Counted from the first letter of the stretch, positions 28,581 through 40,884 are shown. The stretch is DNA of 64,000 bases from Eledone cirrhosa (GCA_964016885.1 OZ024742.1:153078001-153142000), one strand, 5' to 3'. The notes: generated from the letters alone by a model not told the origin. Numbers and translations: made by a program.

Positions 28581-28892
28581 ACGATTTTTGCCTCTGGTGA
28601 TCAAATTATCTATTTTTCGAATGTAGCCCACGTTCATCCCCGGATCAAAATACACATTTACGCCGAGTTTCATCGAAATCAGACGAATTTTGAAAATATC
28701 GATTTTTGGCTTCTGGGGGCCTTATTATCAATTTTTCCAAAAATTTCAAGTAGCCTATTCCAATTTACGGGTCGAGTTTTATATATGTGTGAAGTGTCAT
28801 GAAAATTGGAAAAACGGTGTAGCCTGCAAGTTCGGGACACCAAACAAACAAACAAACAACGCCCAACTTCACTTTATATATGATATATACAT

Positions 28893-29957
28893 ATATTTCG
28901 TTTCTGAATTTGTTTAGCAAGATTCTTTATCTGAAAACGTGTGTTGAAACCGATATTGTTATGCTTTGAGAGGGTCATGTTTCCAATAAGTAACACAGGC
29001 ACCATAGATTTCACTTCAATGTATTATAAAGTAAATTTATAAATTTCAGAATTTATAAATTTCCGGTTGGTTGGTTGGTTCCACAACCAGACGATTGTTC
29101 ATATATTGTCAAAGTTCTTTCGTCACACATTATGTGATCTCTTCAGTGACTGGGGATTCTTTTCTTTGTTTTTGCCTCTCCTTTGTTCTGTCCTACGCCA
29201 TCTTGTTTTTGTGTGTGTTGTGTGCTTAGTTTGCGCATGTGTTACATCCGGGTGTCTGTGTGTGTTTATATTTGTTTATTTATTTGTTTATTTATATGTT
29301 ACTGGTTGGTTGTTTGTTCTATGTGTGTGTGTGTTATCATTTTTCCTTAATTGTAAGTTGTGATGTTGCTATTCCATTCATATTTTCTATTTCATTGCCT
29401 CTATGATTTGTCTAAACATTGCCTCTTTTCTGTGTGAAGATTTTATTTTTATTTCTATGTTCTCTAATTTAAGCTATATGTTCTATTTTAGCATGTTGGT
29501 GGAGTACAGATGATTCTTTACTATCTTGAAGCTCTCGCCAGTGTTCATTTATCCGTTCCCCTATACTACGAGCTGTCTCACCTATGTACACTATATTCTT
29601 ATCTCTACATCTATGCTATATACTACATTTCTAGTTATACAGTTAATATGGGGGCTTAGTTTATAGATTATACATTTCTTATCTATACAGGGAGGTCTTT
29701 GAAAAGGGTATGTATTGCTAATAAGTGTTTTTATGGAACAAAGGAGAGGCACACAAACAAGAAAATAATCCCCAGTCACTGGAGAGGTCACATAATATGT
29801 GACGAAAGAACTTTGACAATATATGAACAATCGTCTGGTTGTGGAACCAACCAACCAACCGGAAATTTATAAATTCTTAAATTTGATTCATAATAAATTG
29901 AAGTGAAGCATCTGGTGCGTGTGTTTCTTATTGGCAACATGACCCTCCCAAAGCATA
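28893..29957 (-). mobile_element. 5'-truncated PLE of a second clade (Neptune-like GIY-YIG) with inverted pLTR
   Basis: Minus strand 29735->29390: RPPCIDKKC...INCITRNVVYSID...VYIGETARSIGERINEHW...SVLHQH; 29736-29957 is the reverse complement of 28957-29189; flanked by (TA)n-like sequence. Confidence 0.85.
29108..29150 (-). ncRNA. Minimal type I hammerhead; inverted copy at 29775-29817 (+) has core mutation CTGGAGA
   Basis: gtca-CTGAAGA-gatcaca taatg tgtgac-GAAA-gaac-TT-tgac. Confidence 0.72.
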
Positions 29958-30136
29958 AACATATATATATATACATATACATATATATATATATAATATA
30001 TATATACCTATGTGTGTGTGTGTGTGTATGTGTGTATGATTGTAGGTGTGTGTGTGTGTATGTATCATCGTATATATGGATGTATATATATATACACATA
30101 TGTGTGTGTGTGTATATGTATCATCGTATATATACA

Positions 30137-30253
<117 letters not shown>

Positions 30254-31139
30254 AATTGACAGGACCAGCATGGGTTTCACTGCTAGTACGGATGCATGTC
30301 AGCGCAGTAATGCATGTCAGTAGGTAATGTAAAATTCCAGAGTAGACACAGTAATTCGCTTCAATACGACACAAGCCCATGGCTACCTTCAATCTATACA
30401 CGTACTCGAGTTTCGGCCATACTTAATGCAGCAATATATTGCACAGCATCGACTGCCAGCATTTATGCAATAATACACCATCGACTCATGTGGCATCATC
30501 CGTAGGTTTTGCCTAATCAATAACCAATCAATCGAGATAATTCGATTCTAGTCCGCGTCGGCTATGAGAGTGAATGCGACAGCCGACACAGTAAAGCATC
30601 AGCAACTGAAATCCTTACGCGTCATCTCAATACTGTCAAACTATTGGCTAATTGTTCCGAAACTTACGTGGAAGCAGGAGACGAAATTCAAATAGTTCCG
30701 CTCCCGCCATAAGCACTCAGCCAACGTATCCCAAACACAAATTAACAAGTGAGTGAAAAATCGGTTATTAGAGAAAATCAGTCTCCAATCGCTGTACAAT
30801 TGAATGGTAGCATTTGATTTCAGTATACAAGCACCATGAAGAGAAATAGTCCGACAGTAACAATTGTAGAGCCTAAAACCTTTCCCGATATTTAATGCCA
30901 CCAGGTGTTTAGACAGCGATACAGTATTAGCGAGCTGGTTAGAATTCGAAGTCTATATATTTCGACCAACCACTTGCGTAACCCATTCTATATCACAACT
31001 AACACGATTCAACAGGTGAGTGAGACAGGCAGATATACCATGTATTGAAGTGCATATTAAACAAAACAATAAAAAATGCGGAAAATTGTTCAACCGTACA
31101 CAATGTATATATACATATATATATATATATACATACATA

Positions 31140-31266
<127 letters not shown>

Positions 31267-31410
31267 AGGGAGTGTAAAGTGAAGTTACTGTAGGTTCACT
31301 CAGTTGAGCACCCGATGTTTAGGTTCACGTGTGTGGCGAGGTGGAGTGGTAGACAGCATGTAATATAATAATACGACAACGATTTGATAAGCCTGTCATT
31401 GTTACAACAG

Positions 31411-31480
31411 ATGTCTGATGAGCCTTTGATCGATACAGATCAAACCTTGAGCTGATTAATAGCAAAACACGCGTCACGAA
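31411..31480 (+). ncRNA. Degenerate hammerhead-like motif inside a short inverted repeat (31362-31390 / 31505-31533)
   Basis: CTGATGA-gc-(tttgatc/gatcaaa hairpin)...gc-AAAA-cacgcg-TC; GAAA is mutated. Confidence 0.4.
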
Positions 31481-31558
31481 TCAATAAACGTAATGAAGGT
31501 TTCACAAATCGTCCTTGTATTACTATTATTATAGTGTATATATGTATATATATATATT

Positions 31559-32255
31559 AATAAATTTAGTCCTTCATCAGTGATCTTCCAACCTTCATTG
31601 GTATGTCCTCGCTTTAAAGACCATATACCTCTGGTTGGTGCGAGCAACGGCTAAAGAAAGTCGTTGGAACACGTAAATAGGGGGAACGAGCGAGACAGTA
31701 AACAAACAAAGATGCTAATGCAACGAAAAGTAAGGAAGAAGGTGTCAAGTCCCAGAAATCGATGAATATAAGTTCTGTGAAATCGTGGACGAGAGAGAAT
31801 AAAGACCATCAAACCTACTCGAAATGTGAGCAAGGAAAGAATTTCGCACAGGTCAAACGGGAGGAAGAAGGAGTCTAGTCCCTGGATTCGGTGAACATAA
31901 GTTCTGTGAAATCGTAGACGAGAGAGAAAAAAAAGGAACAACCAACCTGGTCAAAGTGTGCGTGAGGAAATAATTTCGCACAGGTCAAACGGGAGGGAGT
32001 AGGAGAGGGAGTAGCAGAGAGTGAGTGAGTGAAAGTGTGAGGAAGAGGCTAACAGAGAGAGAGTGACTTGTAGTGGGGGTAAAAGGAAGTGAGAGATACA
32101 GAGAAAGGGGGAAGCAGTAAGAAAGAAACAGACGGGCCACAGCGGAGGAAAATATATATGAAAAATATGAAAACATGACGTGCTGCGTGGTTGCAAATGG
32201 GTTACATATGAATAAATTTAGTCCTTCATAAGTTATCTTCCAACCTTCATTGGTA
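31559..32255. repeat. Unclassified repeat with ~45-bp terminal direct repeat (period ~652); same family as 45158-46099
   Basis: aataaatttagtccttcat...ccaaccttcattggtat at 31559 and 32211; shares cattggtat..cctcgc..taaagac, agtaaacaaacaa, caggtca.acgggagg and gtgagtgaaagtgtgaggaag with the 45-46 kb copies. Confidence 0.8.
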
Positions 32256-32305
32256 TTAACAAAATAAATATCCGATGGCATGGTATAAATTTCCGATCAT
32301 TTTAA

Positions 32306-32379
32306 TCACGACACTTGTTTCAATATGAGATAGATCGATCGTGCGGCCATGATCGATTGTCACTGATCTCGTCAGGTGA
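32306..32379 (-). ncRNA. Type I hammerhead ribozyme (intact core, GUC site)
   Basis: tcac-CTGACGA-gat...atcgatc(atggccgcac)gatcgat...att-GAAA-caagtg-TC-gtga. Confidence 0.8.
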
Positions 32380-32384
32380 AAATG

Positions 32385-32446
<62 letters not shown>

Positions 32447-32838
32447 ATGTGTGTGTGTGTGTGTATGTTTTTGTATATATACATATATATGTACGAATAG
32501 GAAAGGGAAACAACTTAGGAAAAACACCGTTAAATGAAGAAATATATTTCTTTAACGCTTGATAGTGTAGGAAAAGTGTTCGTCAGAAGATATGAGAAAT
32601 AAAAGTCGAAATAGAAAGTAGACAGAACAGATGTTTTCGAAAAATCATGTGGATAGTCAATATGTATTCATACTGGTTCAACATGTTATAGGTTATATTT
32701 AAATGTAACGGCAGTGAAAATTGTTGCAATACAACTTGCCAAAAGGAGAATTTATATGCTGTACATATTTTAAATCAGTCAAGTGTTGAAGCTCTTCAAT
32801 TATATATATGTACCAACTCCCCTATATATATATATATA

Positions 32839-33711
32839 TATAATAACTAAAGATTGATTAACATATAAATAAACATGAATAATCACAGGAGATAATTTTA
32901 ACAAGTGTGTAACCACACATAACACATAATCATATTATAAGATATCTATTTTTTAAGTACTGGTCAACTTGATTTAGTTACCTACCTAGCTATGTGTGGT
33001 TACACACTTGTAAAAATGATCTCCTGTGATTATTCATGTTTATTTATATGTTTATCAATCTCTAGTTATTATAAAATGCTAGGACCTACTCGTTAGAATG
33101 TTAGAGCTTATTTTGTGGGTGATATGGTGCATGTCTTTTTGGCATGACACCCATCATTTTGATTTGGATTAAATTCATTTGATTTATCTTAATTTTGGAT
33201 ATATATATATAAATACGGCTCCTTAATTGTAGAGCTAACTCTGTTGAAAGGACTCGACTGCTGTTTCTAGTTGTCGATAGCCCTATTCACGCCACTGGGA
33301 CGAAGCTAGTATGATGTGTGTATTTTTAGTAAATACAACACGTGCTGGCCAGTCGTTGATTTGAACTTGAAGTGTAAACACGGATTGCTGGAACTTCTTC
33401 ATTGTTGAAAATCCAAGTCTCCACTTCTGTGGTTTACCATCTGATTAATTGGTGAACTATATTTCTTTAATGGAATATATACAGGGAAGATTAATCATAT
33501 TATACGGTATCTATTTTTAAAGTTCTGGTCAACTTTATATAGTTGCCTACCTAGCTATCTGTAGTTACACACTTGTAAAAATTATCTCCTGTGATTATTC
33601 ATGTTTATTTATATGTTAACCAATCTCTAGTTATTATAAAATGCTTGGACCTACTCGTTAGAATCTTAGAGCTTATTTTGCGGGTGATATGGCTCATGTC
33701 TTTCTGGCATG
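32839..33711. repeat. Inverted partial copy plus direct repeat (period ~567 bp), PLE-like architecture
   Basis: 32839-32921 is inverted against 32991-33073; 32927-33147 is repeated at 33493-33711; starts in (TA)n. Confidence 0.85.
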
Positions 33712-33724
33712 CATATCCACCAGG

Positions 33725-35030
33725 TATACACACTTAACATCAATAATTAACAACCTTGTGTATTCATTTCTGCAGGAAAGTATCTTACCACTAGAACAAA
33801 AAGGATGTAAAGGGGTATCATATGGTAATAAAGACCACCTATTAACAAACCAAATGACATTAGAAAACTGCTCTACAAAGAAAGGGAATTTAAGCTCAGC
33901 CAGGATAGACTACCGTAAAGCCTTTGATAGAGTCATCCATTTACAGATTCTTTAATCTCTGGAGATTTACAAAATATCCCCCAAAATTATAAAGTCTTTA
34001 AAGAAATTATGGTTTCAACGGAAACAACTCTTTTCTTGAAATACAGCACAGGGACAACAAATCCTCATATGCAGAAGGATATTGCAGGAAGATTCATTGT
34101 CCTCCCACTACTCTTTTATATAATATTAACCCCTCTTTCTCATGGACTAAGGAATTCTATATATGACAACAAACTTAAAGAAATCATTTTCAGTCATCAG
34201 TATATATATATGCTCTTAAGCTCTTCACTAAAGGTAATAACAAATTAGAGGATCTGCTTAAGACGTTTAAATATTTTAGTGATGACATAGTCATGTAATT
34301 TGGTCTTCATAAGTGTGTAAAACTGCCATTGAAGAAAGACAAAGTAACTGCAAGTTCCAAAATCGATTTCACATAAACACATAAACAAGAGAAATTGATC
34401 AAGATGCCACCTACAAATATCTTCGCATCTGTGAACACAGCTCATTTCAAACAACAGATTATCTGCAATAAACAGCATAGCAGTACCCGTTGTTTAACAT
34501 AGTTAAATGGACAAACAGGGTATCAAAAGAATGGACACTGATACCCGTAAATACTTCTCGTGTCACCGTATGCATTACCCTAAAGCGTACGATGAGCGCC
34601 TCTAGCTATCCAAAGCTCTAATCAAATTGGAGCTATACTAAAAGACAACAACAATTAGCATGGACCAATATCTCGTGGTAACCAATAATTGGATGATGTA
34701 GGCAGTTTAAAAACATGAAGTCAGCAAAAAGTATTTACTCTGTGATAAAAGAAAGCACCAAATATAAGTGCGGAAAGAATCCAAGTGCAGATGTGACACA
34801 ATTATCTCCTCTTTCACTAACAGCTACACAATAAAGCAAAGGGATCAACACGCAAACAGATGACTGATAAATGGCAAAATAAGCCACTTAATAGCCAGTA
34901 CATTACTCGAATCAGACAAGCTGTTGTAAGCAAAACCTAAACCTATCAGTGGCTGCGCAGTTCAGGATTGGAAGCCGAGATAAGTTTTATATTAGCTGCA
35001 GAAAACCAATGTCTTTTCACAAAAAATTAT
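33725..35030 (+). pseudogene. Degenerate R4/Dong-like non-LTR retrotransposon RT fragment
   Basis: ILPLEQKGCKGVSYGNKDHLL...IDYRKAFDRV...YQWLRSSGLEAE, with many stops and frameshifts. Confidence 0.85.
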
Positions 35031-35360
35031 CATATTTGGAAAACAAGGAAAATATACGGAGAAGGAGAAGGAATGAAGAATAAATAAGATATTTTGTTAT
35101 GAGACAATGGTTTAAAAAGCAGCAGCAACTTCACTAATTTCAGACATTACAAACAATTAGTATTTGAATACGATTTTAAATTAACATCAAATTCAATCAG
35201 TCCAATTTAATTGTTATAACTATTTACAATTCTACCCGTAGTATATTTATATGAAGATTGACTTCAGAACATTTTTTTGAATGAAAATAGAGAAACAAAA
35301 GTGAATGAAAAAAGAAAACCAGGTGTGTGAAATAAGAGTGGGCAAATTCTAAACCCTTAC

Positions 35361-35541
35361 CTGCACCCAGTAGTCGAGATGGTAAAAGTATATTTGTGGA
35401 TGACATCCAACAATACTTTCGGCATGTGACATTCCATTTCACTAGGTTTCTCCTTCTGGTGTGATACTTTTGACATGATTTACTGGAGAAAACAGCAGCC
35501 CGGAGATCTAGGCTTCAGGACAAGCCAATTGCAACTGATAC
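35361..35541 (-). CDS. Candidate first coding exon of an unidentified host gene (ATG at 35476)
   Basis: Acceptor ttccatttag|G, donor CAG|gtaagg, in-frame TAA just upstream of the ATG, open frame MSKVSHQKEKPSEMECHMPKVLLDVIHKYTFTISTTGC to a phase-2 donor; lies in non-repetitive sequence. No homology recognised. Confidence 0.35.
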
Positions 35542-36471
35542 CTAAATGGAATTTTTTAAACAATGTCTGGTAATTTTGCGAGATTCAATGCTTTTTGGGG
35601 GGTTCTGGTTTGAACAAGAGCAGTTTGAAAATTATATAAAGAAACGCTTTTTAGGAGGGTGCAAATACGTGAAAGTGTTATATTTGTATTTAATTGTCAT
35701 GGATAGATCTAGAAATATTATTTATGTTCGTAATTTATGTTACAATGCCTTATATGACCACTCCTTTATTCAGTTTGCAAGTGAAATGGATTTGCTTTAC
35801 CTTATTTTTTCCTGTTTGTTTTGTTGCTTGTGATGTTTTTATCCATGACTTAACAAATATATCATCTAAGGTAAATCTAAAAGCATCTAATGAATTATTT
35901 CCTATCATTTTAAAGAAGATACAGTTATATACATACAGGCTTTGCAAAATTTTACAAGCAATGGAAATGTATAAACGCTAATCTGTAGGATGGTCGTCGG
36001 CACATATGATAGAAAAAGGAAGCGAGGATGACCCGAGTGAATAAACGTAATCTGCCCATGCACAAATAAGTTGGAGTGTTCAGCAGTGAGATGGGTACTT
36101 TTCTATAGTAATGTTGGTAATCGGGGTTATTTCGTATCTGGGGAGACCTAAAATGCACAGGGCTGGGTCAAAACCGATATTGGGGAATTTCTGTTATTAT
36201 TTTTTCTTATTGTCTATTTTTCTTTTCACTCAAGTGTATTCATTTTCATTTGTATTGCCCTTTGTGTTTCGGTCATGTTATCATTAAAATCATTATCTAT
36301 TTTACAAGTATTGTTACATTCAGTAAACGTTTGTTGATTCCGAAAATGTTTTCCTTACTCTGTGTTGAAATTCGTCCTTGTATTGATCCCATCGACATTG
36401 GCTGGTGTAGTCAAAAGACGTAAATATTATTAATATTATTATCATTACACTACAAATGGAGAAGGATTAAC

Positions 36472-36670
36472 AGTATCGGTTGAGCGTCGGAAAACACTCG
36501 TTGCTGCATAGAGTTACGGCTTTCGTTCTGTGTTCAATTCGCTCCTATGTTAGCTTTGTCTTTCAACCTTACGCGGTCTATAAAATAAGATGTCGGTACC
36601 GAACTGGAGTCGACTTAATGGCCTTTCCCTTCTTCCTGAATTGTTGGCCTAGTGCCTAAATCAGAAGCAA
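36472..36670 (+). mobile_element. Octopus-type tRNA SINE (diverged)
   Basis: cagtatcggttgagcgtcgg...catagagttacggc...ctttgtctttcaaccttacgcggtctataaaataa. Confidence 0.78.
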
Positions 36671-37761
36671 ATATTGTTAGATCAAAAAATAGCGAAGCAT
36701 AACATATTAATACAATACAAGTACTGGTTAATATCTCTAGAGATCGGGTCGATTGCTGCATAAACAAAATAGTTAGTGACTAAACACAATATCTTATTTC
36801 TCCAGAAAGCTGACGCAAAGTTCACTTCGAAAACCTGATATGTTTTTTACAACTGCTGAAGACCGAATGTGTAATACAGCACGATTTGGTAAAAACAGAA
36901 ATAATAATGCATTTTAGTTGTACATCCTACGGCATTTTAGAGTAGAAAACTGTTTAAACACATATACAATGTAGAATAATACTTACTCTCTCACGGATAC
37001 AGCCACACATATATACGTCTATGTGTGTACATATATATATATACACATACACACACACACACGCACACATACACACACATATATATATATATATTTATAT
37101 ATATGTATATATATAATACATATATATATATACATATATATACATATATATATAAATATATATATAATATAGGTACCCATTTTACGTGTGTTGTATTGAA
37201 GCGAATAACTATGTGCATACTCTGAGAATGTATCTTGCATTGCCTATTGAGTACGCTGAGACACAACCGGTCCTGGGTCCGTCAACTCCTTATTATTTAT
37301 ATATATATATATATGTATGTGTGCGCGCGCGCATGTGTGTGTGTGTGTGTGCGTTTGCAAGAATGAACATGCATTTATGTATTAATATTTTCTTTAAGTA
37401 TTTTTAAGTTAGTCTTCGATAACTATCTGAATATCTGATGAAATTTATTTCACTACACCATTCGTCATTCAAAGCATCACTATAGGCGATTTATATAAAA
37501 CATAGGCAGTGAATAAAATATTTGTTTTTCTAAAACATTGCCATTAATATGATGCTTTAATGGACGACAAATCTCTCCCATGATCATATTGATCTCATAT
37601 ATTTGCATCTTTATTGTTGTAAACTTCCTGCAAATACATATTGTGTATATGAGCCGATTGGACGAACTGCAATTCTCTAATGAATATGCATATATATGTG
37701 TACGTGTGGGAAGTTATAAATGCACGAGTCAGCCTCGTATTTCTCTCCTTCCCTCTCTTGC

Positions 37762-37872
<111 letters not shown>

Positions 37873-37940
37873 GTGCGTGTGTGTGTGTATATATATATGT
37901 GCGTGTGTATATATATATAAGTGTGTGTATATATATATAT

Positions 37941-37995
37941 ATGTAAGTATGTATGTATACGTACATACATATATGTATACAGACGTACAGTAGCA

Positions 37996-38047
<52 letters not shown>

Positions 38048-38416
38048 CATACAGGTACACATACATATATGCACGCATCAGTTTAGCGGACGCTTATTAT
38101 AACGTCGCTTTGTTCGTTTGTAAACAAACTGAACAACCTGAATGCAAATTAGGCTGCTCAGCCGTTAATTTTCATAAGGAAAGTATATACTTTCGAACGT
38201 TCAACTATCTGGCAGATGGGTATACGGTGCTGATGATAGCTAACAAGCTTGAAACTAGTACATCGTTCCTGTGTCAGTGTTGAACAAAAAGGTGACGTGG
38301 TTGCCTTAACACCGTATGGCATAAATTCAGGCTGTTCAGTTTGTTTACAAACTTACAAAGCGGCGTTATAATAAGCGTCCGCTAAACTGATGCGTGCATA
38401 TATGTATGTGTACCTG

Positions 38417-38486
<70 letters not shown>

Positions 38487-38920
38487 TGTTAGTGTACGTC
38501 TGTATAAATATATGTATGTACGTATACATACATACTTACATTTAAGTAAGTGCCATACTAAGAGTGAGAAATGAAATTTCGTTTTCATTTTTTTTTTCAA
38601 CTTATCGTTTTCGGTATACCTGACCGATTTAACTCACTCAATATGCAAATTAGGCTGCTCAGCCGTTAATTTTCATAAGGAAAGTATATACTTTCGAACG
38701 TTCAACTATCTGGCGGATGGGTATACGGTGCTGCTGATAGCTAACAAGCTTGAAACTAGTACATCGTTCCTGTGTCAGTGTTGAACAAAAAGGTGACGTG
38801 GTTGCCTTAACACCGTATGGCATACATTCAGGCTGTTCAGTTTGTTTACAAACGAACAAAGCGGCGTTATAATAAGCGTCCGCTAAACTGATGCGTGCAT
38901 ATATGTATGTGTACCTGTAT

Positions 38921-38986
<66 letters not shown>

Positions 38987-38987
38987 A

Positions 38988-39029
<42 letters not shown>

Positions 39030-39143
39030 TGCTACTGTACGTCTGTATACATATATGTATGTACGTATACATACATACTTACATTTAAGTAAGTGCCATA
39101 CCTAAGAGTGGGAAATGAAATTTCGTTTTCATTTTTTTTTCAA

Positions 39144-39144
<1 letters not shown>
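37941..39144 (+). mobile_element. Non-coding hammerhead-containing tandem element (retrozyme-like): inverted partial copy plus two 501-nt units
   Basis: Units start at 38142 and 38643; 37941-38144 is the reverse complement of 38826-39083; one hammerhead per unit; (TA)n flanks. Confidence 0.82.
38225..38265 (+). ncRNA. Minimal type I hammerhead (GUA site); second copy at 38726-38766 has CTGCTGA
   Basis: cggtg-CTGATGA-tagc taacaa gctt-GAAA-ctag-TA-catcg; palindromic stem III CTAG. Confidence 0.85.
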
Positions 39145-39225
<81 letters not shown>

Positions 39226-39241
39226 TTTATACATATATATG

Positions 39242-39275
<34 letters not shown>

Positions 39276-39477
39276 GTTATACTTGGGGAGGGTCATATTT
39301 GTGTAATATTGCCAGAATTAATAACAGAACACACTCACTGTTTGGTTGGTTTTCGATTTTCGCTTCTGTGTTTTATATCGGTAATCTAATATACTCGGTC
39401 CTCAATGTTGCCATTGACTGACCGATGGTCAAAAATAATACAGATACAATATAGACACAAACACATATATATAGTTT

Positions 39478-39519
39478 ATCATAACTCTTTCGTTGCACAT
39501 CTGCAACATCGTCAGTGGT
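39478..39519 (-). ncRNA. Minimal type I hammerhead in a solo pLTR (~39275-39575)
   Basis: acca-CTGACGA-t-gttgca gatg tgcaac-GAAA-gagt-TA-tgat; the surrounding segment shares ggagggtcat and ttggttggtt with the 28893 family. Confidence 0.72.
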
Positions 39520-39833
39520 GCTATTGTTTCCTCCTGTTGAATTGTATGGCTACGCCATTTTTATTCAGTCTGTCTATATATATATATATATGTCTGTATA
39601 TATACATAACTCCAATTGTGTTCTTAGCACGTGGCCTGAATTCCTTTCAAAATTCATTGTAACGCGTATGTATTGTTTTTTTGGGCGGTAATTCACTTCC
39701 TCCTTTTTTAATCAGTTTGAGCACTTATGTAGAACTGCTGGACTGGCAACCTGACAGATACCTCAGGCACAGAAAGTGATTATCGCTAAATGCTGATGTT
39801 GGTTAGATTATCAATATTAGTATTAATGGGGCA

Positions 39834-39960
39834 CCCACTGATGAATTATAGGAGCCCACTTGAATATATATCTATTGATGGTATACAAGCTCCTACATAA
39901 ATTGGTATAATTTCACCCAAATTGTAGGAATCCTACAATGAAACGAGACGTCCGTCTGGG
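39834..39960 (+). ncRNA. Type I hammerhead ribozyme, GUC site at 39956
   Basis: ccca-CTGATGA-attatagga...tcctacaat-GAAA-cg-agacgtc-cg-TC-tggg. Confidence 0.87.
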
Positions 39961-40537
39961 AAGAGATATATTAGATATGTCTCATATGAAATAATACAGC
40001 CAATTTTCCACGCAATACTTTTAGTTAGCACCCCGAACGCATAATTGGGAATATAATCTCTTATTTCCTAATGTTTGTTGAGTGAGTTTGAATTTGGCCG
40101 GAGTATCGCTAAAAAACTATCTCCGATATTGTATTTATTTATTTACTCTGGGCGCATCAGATTTGAAAGAATTCCCGGTATAAGGTTAGCAATTCTTTGT
40201 TTATTTTTTATATATGAATATTGATTGTTCCTTATATCTCATTCTGTTATTTTGCCCGAGAAAATATCTGTGTGTGTCATCTAATGTTGTACACACATAG
40301 ATATTTTTTCAATTTCCAATTGAGTTCTTAGCACGTGGCCTGAATTCCTTTCAGAATTCATTGTCACGCGCATGTATTGTTTTTTTTGGCGGTAATTCAC
40401 TTCCTCATTTTTGGAATCAGTTTGAGCACTTATGTAGAACTGCTGGACTGGCAACCTGACAGATACCTCAGGCACAGAAAGTGATTATCGCTAAATCTGA
40501 TGTTGGTTAGATTATCAATATTAGTATTAATGGGGCA

Positions 40538-40664
40538 CCCACTGATGAATTATAGGAGCCCACTTGAATATATATCTATTGATGGTATACAAGCTCCTAC
40601 ATAAATTGGTATAATTTCACCCAAATTGTAGGAATCCTATAATGAAACGAGACGTCCGTCTGGG
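40538..40664 (+). ncRNA. Type I hammerhead ribozyme, GUC site at 40660
   Basis: Same as 39834, with a perfect 9-bp stem II base (attatagga/tcctataat). Confidence 0.88.
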
Positions 40665-40884
40665 AAGAGATATATTTGATATGTCTCATATGAAATAATA
40701 CAGCCAATTTTCCACGCAATACTTTTAGTTAGCACCCTGAACGCATAATTGGGAATATAATCACTTATTTCCTAATGTTTGTTGAGTGAGTTGGAATTTG
40801 GCCGGAGTATCGCTAAAAAACTTTCTCCGATATTGTATTTATACATATATATACATATATGTGTGTGTATGTGTGTATGTCTGA

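Larger units (their letters stand above)
25869..28883 (-). mobile_element. Probable non-autonomous Helitron (Lep1-like ends)
   Basis: On the minus strand: 5' TCATATATAAAG after an A, an (AAAC)n tract near the 5' end, and a 3' CTGG (CTRR) preceded by the hairpin cccg-gttacact-cggg; no TSD seen. The 3' flanking base is A rather than the expected T. Confidence 0.55.
39611..40842 (+). mobile_element. Non-coding tandem element, 704-nt unit x ~1.75, two intact hammerheads (retrozyme-like)
   Basis: 39611-40138 is repeated at 40315-40842 with few differences; no credible ORF; (TA)n-like flanks. Confidence 0.85.

Noticed and set aside
30255-31110. Possible Tc1/mariner remnant (end ...ttcaaccgtacacaatgTA)
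   Set aside because: Only one TIR-like end and no transposase similarity seen.
36855-36910. CTGAAGA plus hairpin ccgaat...atttgg
   Set aside because: No proper GAAA, stem III or stem I.
37434-37520. CTGATGA followed by a stem (tttatttcact/agtgaataaa)
   Set aside because: No GAAA-stem III-NUH downstream.
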